A stretch of DNA of 56,564 nt, the filler included, from Catajapyx aquilonaris (Eukaryota): assembly GCA_000934665.2 (NCBI GenBank). It is 3 parts of 3 records of this genome, joined end to end, with 100 filler letters (N's around TTAATTAATTAA, not from the genome) between each part and the next. Parts side by side here need not be neighbours in the genome. Positions count along the whole stretch, not along the records: positions 37,792 to 56,564 come from JYFJ02006610.1; 2 more parts are not named here. One strand, written 5' to 3'. A model generated the notes under the pieces. That model was not told the origin of the DNA and made no database searches. It saw nothing but the letters and a program-made list of their open reading frames with translations. Both the position numbers and the translations under genes were made by a program. Below, piece by piece: positions 37,960 to 49,705 of this stretch (positions are counted from its first letter, which is position 1; each line of letters opens with the position of its first letter).

Positions 37960-38500
37960 TCGCGTCGGGGTGGAGGAGAGGTATGGATGGTAGGGGGTTG
38001 TCATTCAGGATGGTCTGATAGCTGAGAGCATTGATGGTTCCTGAGACGAGATGCAGCTTGCCTGGTCCTTTCCTCACAATGCATCCCCAGACCATGATAC
38101 TGGATGTGAACTTGACGGCATGAGCCAAACACGCCGGGTGAAATACCTCACCACGCCTCCGAATGACTCGTGCTCTTCCTGCATCACCCACTGTCAGCTC
38201 AAACGTACTTTCATCGCTGAATATTACGCAGTCCCATTGTCTTTGGACCCAGTCACGGCGAGTTAGGGCCCACTTGAGTCTTTTCTTCATCTGAAGTGCA
38301 GTCAGTAATGGTTTAGGCTTCGGCTGCAAAATCATAAAAATAGTGTCCATGATAACAACCAACTCCAGTGACAACTGAGTGTACCGAAAGCTTTCGAAAG
38401 CCATATCCCATCGTGTGCATCCGCGCCGTGAGCAAGTGGCCGCAGACACTGCTTTGCTCATTCGTTGTGACCAGGTCTGGTTCACTTCTGCGGTGGTCAT
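37960..38500 (-). mobile_element. Tc1 transposase fragment
   Basis: KPLLTALQMKKRLKWA...WDCVIFSDESTF...VKFTSSIMVWGCI..KGPGKLHLVSGTINALSYQTIL; truncated before the second catalytic Asp. Confidence 0.9.
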
Positions 38501-38740
38501 TCATCTCCAGAATCTCCAATCGGCGATGCGATGTGCGTTGACCCGCAGAATCTGCATGCCCAGTCCGGATGAATCCCCTGTGATCATCACCGCCCCGTGT
38601 GTAGCTATGTAATCGCCTAGGCGTAGGTGTAACCCCGGGCTGGGTATCTCAGTTGGAGGAAGAAGGGTGTACGATATCACCGGGTAACCGGCTTGGGAGA
38701 AGTCCTCAGTCAAGGGGGGTAGAGGAAAAAAGGAAGCCAT
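38501..38740 (-). CDS. Unknown-domain protein, copy A (putative LTR-element accessory gene), 3'-truncated by fusion to Tc1
   Basis: MASFFPLPPLTEDF...YIATHGAVMITGDSSGLGMQILRVNAHRIADWRF is homologous to 42600-42967 and 53585-54230. Confidence 0.6.
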   Translation of the reverse strand: MASFFPLPPLTEDFSQAGYPVISYTLLPPTEIPSPGLHLRLGDYIATHGAVMITGDSSGLGMQILRVNAHRIADWRFWR

Positions 38741-39359
38741 GGTAAGAGGTTGACGATGAGTGAAGGACTGGCTGGCACCAGCTCGATGTTCGAACGCAGG
38801 GCATCCTCAATGCGCTGACCCTGCACCTTTGAATCTATCATCCTTTGAAGAATTCGTATCACGTGATGTATAGACTTCTAGTACTTATCATTAATTTCGG
38901 ATGAAAATTCATTCCGCAAATTCTCGAACTGACTCTGGAATTATGGGCAGTGCAGTCTCCATCCGTTCGGGAGATGCACTCTCTGTTGGTACGACATGGG
39001 TGTCGGTTAGTACGGTGGGGTCAAAAGTGTGGGATTCAGGATGCTTCGGTTCCACAGAGTCTTTCGGAGTGCGACTCCGTGCTCGATATTTATGAATGCA
39101 ACCCAAAATTAGTCCCACCAGAATGAAAAACTGTTACGGCAACTACTGCAGGCACAAAAACTGTGGGTTGTGACCAGTCGTCAGAAACCACCGAAAAAGG
39201 GGGTACTTCCCCAAAGATTCGACTGCATACTTCAAAGCATCCATTGACACCGTAAACCCTGTTGAGACGGAGCGTAACTGTTTCACCATGGGAGTCCAGC
39301 GACCCTCCTTCGCAGTAAGTGTCACAAGTAAGGTCATGGGTCATTGACCTACGACCACT

Positions 39360-39723
39360 TGCCTAGTTCTTTTGGCCTCCCGGGTTACACCTTGGAATAA
39401 ATGGGCAGCAGGGTCTTTTCCATTGTTTATTGACATCAGCTAATAATCTACTGTGACAGAATCGGTAGGCAACCCGAGTATCAGTTCTGACCTTTGTGAC
39501 TGCAATCAGGGACATCTCAGTAGGTAAGTCAACCCGGAAGGCCGTGCTACCACGCAGGGGGTCTGCTCCTCCCTCTACAGCAATGGCCGCCTGGGGCTGG
39601 GCGAATAAGAGTTGGTTTGGGACTCCTCTGGACCCTCCTTCCTTCTAGACAACTCCCTCGGGAACGGGCCCCGAGTGGGTTGGGTGGAGCCTTTATATAG
39701 CTGACTCCGACCTTGTCGTGACA
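39360..39723 (-). mobile_element. LTR-like sequence with PBS-like TGG downstream
   Basis: Minus strand TGTCACGAC...TATATAAA...AATAAA...CTAGGCA followed by AGTGGTCG. Confidence 0.55.
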
Positions 39724-39729
39724 GAACTG

Positions 39730-40010
39730 ATACTGGGTGCTATCACCTTACGCGAGTCATACTCCCTGTGACCAAATATGGTTCCCCCGCCTTCTAGGCG
39801 CCAGGCTAAATCGGCTTGTTTACTTACTACTCTGCCAAATGGCTAAAACTGGGAAGCTTTTCCCCTCATAATGTACCATTAGAGTCACCATATTGCGGTG
39901 ACAGGTTATAAGGGTGACAAACGCTTCTCCTTGAATTAAAGCTGGGTGCAACCCGGCTTTAATGTCAAACGGATAGTATGAATCACGTAGTATACAGTAA
40001 CTGGATAAAC
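39730..40010 (-). mobile_element. Degenerate Ty3/gypsy reverse-transcriptase N-terminal fragment
   Basis: HTIRLTLKPGC....KRLSP motif; DNA-level homology to 47720-48030 (shared ACCATATTTGGTC...AGTATGAC). Confidence 0.5.
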
Positions 40011-40029
40011 CTTTTTTCTACTCACACTA

Positions 40030-40800
40030 CTAACGACTCCGTTGAAACAATTTATGGTACATCATTGCTAGCCTCATTCATTCGTAACACAATATCATCC
40101 ATAGGAATTCCTCTTTCTACTCGATTGATTCTAGTGGACCACAAATTATTCTTGGTTTCATCCAATAGTAAATTTGTGCGCAACACTATTTAACACACGC
40201 AATTCCATTCCGCTAAACATAGAGGTGATCTCTGGGACCACTGTGTGTCCATTCATAGGTAGTTTCTTACTAGAACTACCATGTAAGTTAGCTTCTAATC
40301 GGAAATCCGTGTGAATGGCCCTACACCCAGGGAGCAATGTGAACACTCCCTCTTTACAACAATCCAAACGCCCTGTGTTCCTTCTTTACATTCTTTACTA
40401 ACTACCCACTTACAGCCTATACAACCATTACAAACTCTCAGTCTGTGGAGACCGAACTGAAAACATCGGTGCAGGCCTGTCACCTTAATTTCCACCCGGG
40501 TTCACAGTCTGGAAGTTCCCCTCATTGGCAGGAATAGCAGACACTACAATTTCCTCCCTTGTTTGTTCCTGCGTAGTTACGTATGAAACAGATGGCTGTC
40601 TTCGGTAGCTAGGATTCAAATTACATTCCTTCCTATGTCTCTTCACTATGTAGTAAACGACTCCCACTAGAGCCCAAATTCCAAAGAATACGAACACAGA
40701 CACATAACTACTAGGGTGCACCCAAAGATTTGTACCACTCTCAAAATCCGGATCAAGCTTCATCATCTCATTTTTGTTTCATTCAACTCTCTCATTAAGT
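40030..40800 (-). mobile_element. env-like (fusion glycoprotein) fragments of an LTR retrotransposon
   Basis: Ectodomain-like CCKEGVFTLLPGCRAIHTDFRLEA; helical GMPLWDLMRELNE, LWVHPSSY + TM VSVFVFFGIWALVGVVYYIV + basic stop KRHRK. Paralogous TM piece at 47400-47700. Confidence 0.55.
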
Positions 40801-40995
40801 CCCACAGGGGCATGCCTTCCTTTTCATTCGGTACGGAGAACGCCCGAGTCTGGTGTACATCTTCTTCGCCCACGGGGGTTAGTCCCGTCAATAGTTGTTT
40901 GTGATAGTCGACGACGCACTCCCAATAGCTCAGGAAGTCATCTCCTAGACTGACAGGGTGTAGTAGCTCGGAAGTGATCAGAAATCCTTTCCCAC
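40800..40995 (-). pseudogene. C-terminal half of a retropepsin-like accessory gene (paralog of 49188-49625)
   Basis: FLITSELLHPVSLGDDFLSYWECVVDYHKQLLTG aligns with LYIISPSATPVILGLDFLRYWECSIDISRQLLVG. Confidence 0.7.
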
Positions 40996-41199
40996 AGCTG
41001 TCGTAACACACCGGAGCAAGGGGGCAGGAAGCCCGACTCTGCACAAGAGCGTCAATCAGGTCCGGAAGTCCTACCAGCACGATAGGGGGACGAGATTCGT
41101 ACCAGCGGAGTGATGGTGAGGGGACGTTCACGATGATAACAGAGGTGGAAATGAGTTTGGAGAGAGAGAGAGAGAGAGATGTCAGAGGTGGGCACAGGG

Positions 41200-42340
41200 A
41201 TGTGCGTCGAAGGACGGGGTAGGCCGCTCGAACCGAACCTAACCCTTTCTGCGCAAGTGTCATAAACTACTGAAGTACTAGCAGTTATGGGGGACTCTGG
41301 GGTGGGTAATTAGGTCCCTGACCTGGTGGGTACCGTATTTGAGGCACGTATTCGTACAAGTACGATTCGCCCCGGCCGTGGGCGGTTAAATCACTTCCGA
41401 TTGTCGAGGCACTTCCGGATGGCACCGGAAAGTACCCGGGGGTGGCTGCGACACGGGTACGGGCTGCGCAACACCCGCCTGATTGTTGCTGTTGTATAGT
41501 TGTGGACATGGCTGACTCATGCAGTGATTTTGTCTGCGCCGCCTACATGGGTACGGTGGTTCCCTCTGTGCTGCCGGAGCCGTACACGCATTTGCTCTGT
41601 GGCCGACACCTGAGCACCGGAAACACCTGTTTTCCGAATTTGGACCTCTTTGAGGACATTCTGAACGCAGATGATTTTTAGAATTGCACTGATAACAGCG
41701 CAACCCATCCTTCCGTTTCTTTTGATTCGCCCCGTTCCTTCCGCCTTGTTTTTCCGCTTGAGGAGAGGACTCTACCGCTTGTTTCGCTTCAGCCCACTTT
41801 TTCGTCGCTTCTTGCTGATATTTGGCAAGTTCTTTGGTCAGCATAGCCACCTTTTCCCCCAGCTGATCGACTAGGTTGGTATCTGGGTCGTCACTGACTA
41901 CGCAGGCCCTAGTGTTAAATTTGTTGCCTGTATTTCTGCCCCTATCATTGGATTCGCATTCCAATGCTGTCTTTAGGCACCTGACAAGTGTGTCGGTTTG
42001 AGAATTTGGAGCGTATGTCTACTTTTCTCCGACCTTCACCCTGAAATGAACTGCGCCAGGATTAACACGTCGACTGTCTCCCTGTCTCTGGGTGCGTCGG
42101 CACATGCATGAAGGTTTACCTCCATTCTGCGGAGTACAGTAGCGAACTCATTCACTCCCTGCCCTGCCTCTTGTTTGATACCCTGCACGTCTCCGATTAA
42201 ATCGGAGAATCGCCGACTGGGGTTAAAACGTTCCATGAACATTTCTTTGAACTTTTTCCAGTCCTTTCGAGTCCGTTCGTCATGTTCGAGGCCAAGTTCG
42301 AGGCTTCTGCGCATGTGCAGTTGTGCATCGCGTGACATGT
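41200..42340 (-). mobile_element. Ty3/gypsy gag (capsid + two CCHC zinc knuckles), frameshifted
   Basis: DWKKFKEMFMERF...IKQEAGQGVNEFATVL...ILAQFISG (retrotransposon gag) and knuckles CYQCNSKNHLRSEC and CFRCSGVGHRANAC. Confidence 0.9.
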
Positions 42341-42399
42341 CCTGGTTTGCGCATCTCCCCGCGCATCACGTGATATGTACCTCATAATACGACGCCGTT

Positions 42400-42598
42400 T
42401 ATCAGGTACTAACAAGAGGTACCAAATCTTCGTACCCTTTATTAACCAAGGGTACCTCTTAAGTACCCCCTAATTTACACCATGTACCCTTTACATGGGC
42501 CGCAAATGGGCGTCCCTCTTAAAATTTACCAGGCATACCTTGTATATCAGAGGTACGAGGCTACAAGGGGTACACCATGAGGTACCGGATTAAGAGTG
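42400..42598 (-). mobile_element. CACTA/EnSpm-like terminal fragment
   Basis: Minus strand begins CACTCTTAA, followed by many GTACC/GGTAC subterminal repeats. Confidence 0.5.
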
Positions 42599-42599
42599 T

Positions 42600-42967
42600 A
42601 AAATCCCGCCTGGGTTTGTTCCGCGTCTAGCGCGAGATACTCCCAAAAGTCCTCGTCTCTGGATAGAAAGGGTGCGGCGGGAGCGGCTGCGGCGTCACGG
42701 TTCCAAGCCTGTGCGACGATGCGGGTCCTCTCCGGGAAGTACCGCCATTTTGACTCTGTTGGCGTTGAGACGGACCTCTTGGACCCCTCGTCCTGACGGG
42801 TCGCCGGACAGCAGCACAGATCCGTGTGGAACTGGGTAGATTCCCAGGTGTAACTGATCTGTTGTATTGGGAGTCACTGCGGGTTGAGGAAACATGTAGG
42901 CAATCCACGGGCCCGAAGGATGGGTGTAGTCTTCAAGGAAAGGGGCAAGGGGTAGGAAGTTTGCCAT
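42600..42967 (-). CDS. Unknown-domain protein, copy B (one frameshift)
   Basis: MANFLPLAPFLEDY...YPVPHGSVLLSGDPSGRGVQEVRLNANRV, continuing after a frameshift as WRYFPERTRIVAQAW, which matches copy C WHWFPVGSRAVIRAW; TCAGTC Inr-like motif just upstream. Confidence 0.6.
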
Positions 42968-43001
42968 GATGCCTGGTCAGAGGTGAGGGAAGGACTGACT
43001 G

Positions 43002-44390
43002 CACTGTAAAATAAATTTCCGTTATATTACGGTACAAAGTGCTGGCAGTTTTGCTGCCAGAAATTTTCCGTGAAATGTGAACACTGAACATTAACATTTA
43101 GTCTAAAAAATTTTAAGTAGCTTTATCTGATATTCAGTGTAATCTTACCTGTTGCTTGTTCTTCAGACTGTGAAGTACTAAGGAGGGCTTCCTCATCATG
43201 TTTTCTATCCGGTGTTCCAATAATATTGCATTAATATCAGGTAGCTCCCTTCACCAATAGGGTTGCTGCCTTGGAAGGAATCTCTGAATTCTTTAGGAAA
43301 AGTTTTCACAATATCAGTCGCTATTTCTCTCAGCAGCTTCCTCCCTGGCCTATGCTTCACAGATCCTATTATTTCATCAGCTACAACTCTGACAAACTGC
43401 AGCCGTTCTTGCTTGACAGCTTATCTCCATTTTTCAGTTTTGAGATCACATGGCTTGACACTTTGTGCCATGGAATTTTGACATTGCTCTGGACTGTCGT
43501 TTCAGCTGATTGGGTTCCTTCCTGATTTGGTTGCTCTCCTGTACATAGAGCTAAATGTCAATATTTACACTCCTGATAATGCTCACTGAAACTAATGCAA
43601 TTCTAAAAATATTTTACCTGTAGTTTTCTCAGTACTGGTACGCCAGTGCTTCAGCAGTCTGCGCACCTGAATAGGCTTCATAACACCAGTGAAATCTTCT
43701 TCCTCCAGAAGCTTCATAGACTCTTCATCTTTCACACCTAGTTCTTCCAATTTTTTAATAAGTGCTGTCTTTTCATCAGCCTTCATGTTAGGAAACACTT
43801 CCTGTAGCACTCGGAGCACACCGTCCATACTTGCTGCTTACAGCAACTGAAAAAATGGAACAGTAACATCACTAAATTCAGCTATGCACACAATAAACTG
43901 TATACTTGGTGCCTGGCTAAGTCACGAAATCCTCCTAACTCAAGATGTTCTCCAGGGCCATACCAGTAGTAGAAATTTTTGATAATGGTGATGGTTGATG
44001 CAGTGAAAATGAGGATGAAGATGAATTAAGATGATTAAAAACTTTTGTCGGGTATCCAGTGATGCAATGGGACATAGGTCCTGCCAAACACTGAATAGCC
44101 ATACAATGGATGGAAATCTAAAATGTCACATAAATTAAAGCATCTATATGAGACATTTCTTTGGGCATGTGTTAGTCTGTGAATGCCGAGGTCTGTGGTT
44201 TCACTATGAAACATCTCCACTGCCAGCACCACTGTCTCCTCCTCAATGACCATCACTAAATGGACTTTACCAAATATGATGTCAGTGTCTTGTCGCATCA
44301 CTGCAAAATATTGATTTCGCCTGTACTCAGTGCCCCTGTGTGTGAGTCGCTCACAGACAACTGCACTCCGACATATGCCACAACTGCTTC
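43002..44390 (-). mobile_element. Deleted CACTA (EnSpm) element: transposase C-terminus plus spliced SAM-like ORF2
   Basis: CACTGTAAAA terminus at 43002. Transposase tail RGTEYRRNQY...FGKV...DFHPLYGY...YVPLHH (44035-44390). ORF2 exons LIKKLEELGVKDEESMKLLEEEDF...KPIQVRRLL (about 43620-43828) and IPWHKV...IVKTFPKEFRD...RIEN (about 43150-43540). Confidence 0.8.
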
Positions 44391-44659
44391 CCTTAAGTAT
44401 TGTTATGATGATGAACGGCACGGTAAAACACGTTCCAGCTTGCGCACGGACGCTGCCGTCTTGGATTGATGGTTGGTTTCTTGTTGCTGCTCAGGTTCGC
44501 AGGAAATGGAAATGTGGGTTGAGTGGGAGACGGCAGCTCATCGAGGATATGGCTTGGATCTTTTTTGCAGATTTCAATGCGGTTCTTTGGCAATCCGTAA
44601 TAAATATTTACTGGCTTTTTTAAATTTTGAGGGTTGGTTCCTTGTTGCATAACACCGTC

Positions 44660-44740
44660 TATCTAGCCTCATCCTCGTCTAGCTCCTTTCTAGGGACAAT
44701 TCAAAAGGCCTTACATACCGTAGCATCACTCCCCCTACCA
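44660..44740 (-). mobile_element. Polypurine tract plus start of a truncated 3' LTR
   Basis: Minus strand GTAGGGGGAGTGA|TGCTACGG following a T-rich UTR-like region. Confidence 0.4.
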
Positions 44741-47399
44741 GCTTGCGACCAAGAGGAGCAAACTTTAACCCAAAATGTCAAATTAAAACTATGAATGAAA
44801 CAGTTCTGCATACCAAATAGACAGGGTAGCAAACCCCCAACGGGGAGGGGGGAATCCAACAAACATTCCACAGGAAAGGTCCCAAAAGGGTGGGGGACCA
44901 TCCCCGGCAAACACTAACTCTTTAAAAAAAACACACACACACACAAAGAANAACTATCACAAAGATAAGTACAACCCACCAAAAGTTTGTACACAAATTA
45001 CACGTTGAAGCAAGGAACACCTTGTGGTTGTGCCTAGTTTCTGACTGGACACTAATATGCAACGCCGGACGGGTTGCTCACTGTCAAGGGGCAGTGGAGC
45101 CCTGATGGAAAAAGTGCAGCAGCATACTGCTCCTTTTTTCTCGACCGTTAGAGGTCGGGTGACGTCACGCACTTCACATGTGCTCGCACAGCTGATCACT
45201 GAGTAAATGTTGTCCTCTCCTCTTTTTCTCGAGGATGGAACACTCGCACTGCACGTCACTTGCACCGTTTATTATACGACATTTCACGTATAACCAGGAC
45301 TTGTCTGTAATTACGATGAGAAAAAAAACCCAACCTTATGCTAAAAATATGTTGATGAACATATTGACTGTACGACACTTGACCTGTGCCATGACACTGA
45401 CACGGAATGGCTGCTTAGAGAAATCATGAGCGAGAAAGCATAATATCTGACACGCTGCTGGTGCCTGTGAACGCAATACGCGATGTGGAATGCAAAGAGT
45501 CCCACTTGGACCCTCGTTAGCAGGCGGAGGCTGCCCAAAAGTATGCGAATTTAATGAACTGTCTCGAAATGAAGTTACGTATGGTTGTGGTGATCACCCT
45601 AACTATGAAGATAAGTATTAGTAGGAATTCGATTCACCCCCCTACCTTGCCAGGCAAAGGTATTTTCTGCAGTGCATTCACTTTTTATATCCCACTACAG
45701 TCCAGGAGTGAAAGGAAATTTTTGCTGAAGCAGTATTTTCTGCCGTAAGTCAGAGATTTAAAAAATATGATATTAGTATTATTATGTAAGTATATCAACA
45801 ATAGGGGGTTGACGCCCCGAGCATATGAAAGTGGAACCTAAGCATATGACGTGTCTGACTGCTTGAATATGAGCTTGGACGAGGTCATACGGGTCATGAG
45901 GAAACCGGGCGGTGGCACGGCATCTAACAGCGGTAGTAACACCGGGGCAAGGGGCAGGAAAGCCCGTCTCTGCACAAGAGCGTCAATCAGGTCCGGAAGT
46001 CCTACCAGCATGCTAGGGGGAAGAGATTCGTACCAGCGGAGGGATGGTGAGGGGATGTTCACGATGATTACAGAGGTGGAAATGAGGGTGGGGAGAGGGA
46101 GAGGGGGCAGAAGTCAATCACGGGGGAGCGCTTGTTCGCTTCGCACAAGGCTAGAGCACAACTCCCTTCCAGCCGGACCTCCACCCCCCTCAGACAAGGG
46201 TAGGTTGCATCCATTCTGGGGATGCTGGGAGTCCATCGTTCTGGACACTTGCCGCAAAGTTTCGTTGAGAATTGAGATGAATCGTGGCAGCCAATCCACT
46301 GGGTCGACGCAGACTCGTCCAGCTGACAGGGCGAACTGCTCCCAATGGCTGGAACAGGCTGTTTGTTGAGACTTGCCACTCTTGGGCAATCCTGGAGCAG
46401 GTTGCACTGTTTCTGCAACCCCTCTCGAGGGCGGGTAGGCCGGTCCTTCAAAGTGGATGGTACCCATGTGATGAAGAACGACCTGAATTATGTCGCATGA
46501 TCGAAACAATGTATGGAGTAAGGTACAGGTCGGCAGCATCAGTTGCACGACCCCTCACGAAGGCGGGTAGGCCGGTCCTTCAACCCGGGTGCTGGCTGCA
46601 CCCGTATGGTGTCACTTAAATGCTCCGGAACAGGCTTCCGATAGTTCTCGTTCGCCCCGAAAGTCACTTGTTTTGCACACTCACACTGATGTCCATCGCG
46701 AACCTGTTTTCTGGATCGCGGCCAAAAATCCACGCACTAAGTTTGTACTGTTGAGCGATGCTGCAGCGGCAGTTGGTGGCGGATGTGTACGGAATGTTTT
46801 GACAGGAATGTTCCATCGTTCACTCGGTGCTGTTTGTTGTTTGCAGGTAAGAGACGGGTGTAGGAACAACGACGAGGAACAAGGTTTCTCGGGTAGTGTG
46901 CCTGGTGGTTCGGAACCACCACAGTAAGTGCTAGTTGTGAATCTAACTCTGTAAAGCAAAAATTGCACTCTCGCACTGATTCTCTCAGCCATGACAAATA
47001 CATTGCAAAGAAAGACAAAAATTACACATTTGATTATTGGTTTAACCACCAAGCACTGCGGAGTTTTCCAAGACTGTCTTGTAAGGGCATTTCGTCCGGC
47101 ACACAGCCATTATGCTCCTCATAGATCGCAGTATCACACTCAAAGTTACATATATTACCCTGTGAAGCTATTTTGGGTGTACTGGGACCAGCAAAACGCA
47201 AAGTTGAATCGCGAGGTGCGGCAGAGGCACCGAACAACGTGGTATCGCTAAACCACTCCCGAGCTCTAGGAGAAGGCTTAGGACCCCTCGCTTGCGTTGT
47301 AAGACGAGTTAGGCCGCTCGAACCAAACCTAACCCTTTCCGCACAATTGTCATAAACTACTGAAGTACTAACAGTTACGGGGGCAACATGTGGAGGTCC

Positions 47400-48030
47400 T
47401 CGGTGACCCACATTTTCTTGAAGAGTCCCCGGGCTATTCTCTAGACTGGAGCGTGCTGTCCAACAGGAACGGTTCCTGCATAAGAAGTAGCCCACACAAA
47501 TGAACGCTGAAATTGAGACAATCCCCACTGAGGGGACAAAGCTGGAGGGATGCTCCCACATGGAGCTTGAAAAGTCATTATCTGCCAGTACATGGTCCGA
47601 AAAATCTCGCAGTGCCATAGTTTCTCGCCGCAGTTCAGCCATGGACAGTGTGTCCGTATTGAGTTCTGAAAGTCGTGGTAAAAGTTTGGCCATGAGAGGC
47701 TGGTCATTTGTTACATTAGTCAACCATTAGTCATACTTCCTGATGGACCAAATATGGTCGCGCGCCTAACTGACTTCGGCCTCTCCCGTTTTGTTTACTC
47801 TAATTTTACACCACAGGGCCGCGTCGTGACTTTGATGGAGCCTAATGGCTGTTTGCTAAGTGGTTGTCAACAATCAATCCCGCTAATAGTTCCGTTTATG
47901 TGTAGCGCTCGCCTGAAGGGCGACAAACGCTCCCCCTTAAATTGAAGCTGGGCAATCCGGCTTCAATATCATACGGTCAGTATGATCTCGTACACATACA
48001 CATATGCCCTTCTGAGAAATTACGAGGGGC
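47400..48030 (-). mobile_element. Gypsy RT fragment fused to env-like TM fragment
   Basis: HTDRMILKPDC...ERLSPF (RT N-terminus) runs into LSMAELRRE...MWEHPSSF + TM VGIVSISAFICVGYFLC. Confidence 0.5.
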
Positions 48031-49187
48031 GGAGCTGGGCCATAATTAATCATGGGGGCCCGTCGGATGTGATCCCATCCTTCTGCCGCCGACATCCTTC
48101 TAGCCACCGAGGGGAAGGTCCAGTGGATGAAAAATCCAGGGCGCTCTCTCCCCGGGCTCCATCCTCTCGACGGTCGTCCCATCGCTCAAAGGAATTGGTG
48201 GCGCCGCTGGTCACCGCCGCAGGGGGGCTCCGCTCAGGTCGTCCCAGGGAAGGGGTGTCCCATCCACTGGAGGCAGCATCTTCGTCACCGGCCGAGGCAC
48301 GAGCGGGTGTAGCACAGCAATCCATGACAACTGAGTTAGATGTGTAAGTGGCAGTAGTCTCACTAGGAGTGTCACAAAAGGGGCATCCACCCTCCCTATA
48401 TAGCAACGCCATCCTCAGAAAAGGGGGGTATTTCTGGACAGGGGATAGTGTGACCTGGATTTAAGTACACATAAAACAGGGTTCCATTGTAAGTCGATTT
48501 ATTCTGTATAACGTGCTGTACATATAACGTCAGGAAAAAAGGAAGGTTGAATAGTTGTAGAGTGAAAGGTAAGGAGCAAGCGACCAGCCCTCGGGATATG
48601 CTCCCGAGGGACTGGCCTGGAGCATAGCTGGCTGGTTGGTTAAGGAGTTGGTTTGGTACACTGCATGATGGGTATTCACCTGGGGTGTGAGGAAAGGACG
48701 TTACAAACAAGTTGCATGATGGTTGGAGTATACTCATACAGTGGTATATACTCGTACAAGTGAAAAAGAGACGGGTCAATACTACACTTCAATTGGGTAT
48801 CTTACAGTGGCACAATGGGGTAGGCACTGACTTGATAAACTGAAACAGAAAGTGAAAGGAAAAGGTAACTAGACCTTCCTGGAATCTTACAGGGTCACAC
48901 ACCTCCGACCGAAGACACTCCCCCCCCCCCCCAATAGGTATGAAAAACGGGTTTTGTGCGTTTATCCTCTCGTTACTGGTATACACAAAAATAAATAAAC
49001 AGAACTGTCCGAATGGGCAATGGTTCCCGTCCAAAATAAACAAAATAGAAATGAGATGATTATGTAAGTTACACATCGTGCTCATTGACTTCTGGTGAGA
49101 CCCCTCCCGTTGGTTGAGGAGGGTCAAGAACACCACTTGCTACAGACACTTCTGCGGCCCGATCAATAGCCAGGTTGTTGAACATTT

Positions 49188-49625
49188 CTATGTGCATAGA
49201 AAATGCAAATGGCCCCCCGCAGCGCCGTCAGATGGGATAGCCCCCACCAACAACTGTCGACTGATATCGATAGAACATTCCCAGTACCTTAAGAAGTCCA
49301 ATCCTAAAATCACCGGGGTTGCTGATGGCGAGATGATGTATAGCCTCTTCTGGTATACATGTGGGCCCACACACAAGGGTAGGGTCATCTCTCCAAGCGG
49401 CACAATGGCGTGGCCGTCAGGGGTTGCAAGTCGTACTTGTTCACATAGACGGATAGCAGGTCGTAAGTCGTCAGGAATACGATGTACCACGTTGGTTGAC
49501 ACGATGGATGCTGCGGCTCCAGTACATAAAGCTGCGGTCCATGTACGTCCGTATATGGATACTGGTATCGAGGCAGCGGCACTCCAGGCATCGGTTGAAC
49601 CGGCCAAGTTCAACAAAAGGGACAT
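49188..49625 (-). CDS. Stand-alone retropepsin-like protein with Cys in place of the catalytic Asp
   Basis: IPVSIYGRTWTAALCTGAAASIVS (cf. ALxDTGAxxSxIS), flap LATPDG..IVPLG and ILGLDFL motifs; own ATG and an upstream TATATAAA. A probable homopolymer frameshift extends the C-terminus to about 49065. Confidence 0.8.
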   Translation of the reverse strand: MSLLLNLAGSTDAWSAAASIPVSIYGRTWTAALCTGAAASIVSTNVVHRIPDDLRPAIRLCEQVRLATPDGHAIVPLGEMTLPLCVGPHVYQKRLYIISPSATPVILGLDFLRYWECSIDISRQLLVGAIPSDGAAGGHLHFLCT

Positions 49626-49697
49626 CTTTCAATGACTGTGAATGAAGGAGTCTTGAGCACGCCAAGTGCAGTCAGTCCATGAACCCAACTCCTCTTC

Positions 49698-49705
49698 TTT
49701 ATATA
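49698..49705 (-). promoter_or_regulatory. TATA box of the retropepsin-like gene
   Basis: Minus-strand TATATAAA about 75 nt upstream of the ATG at 49625. Confidence 0.5.

Noticed and set aside
44393..44650. 85-aa minus-strand ORF as an integrase tail
   Set aside because: No diagnostic motif; only vague similarity to 46750-46900.
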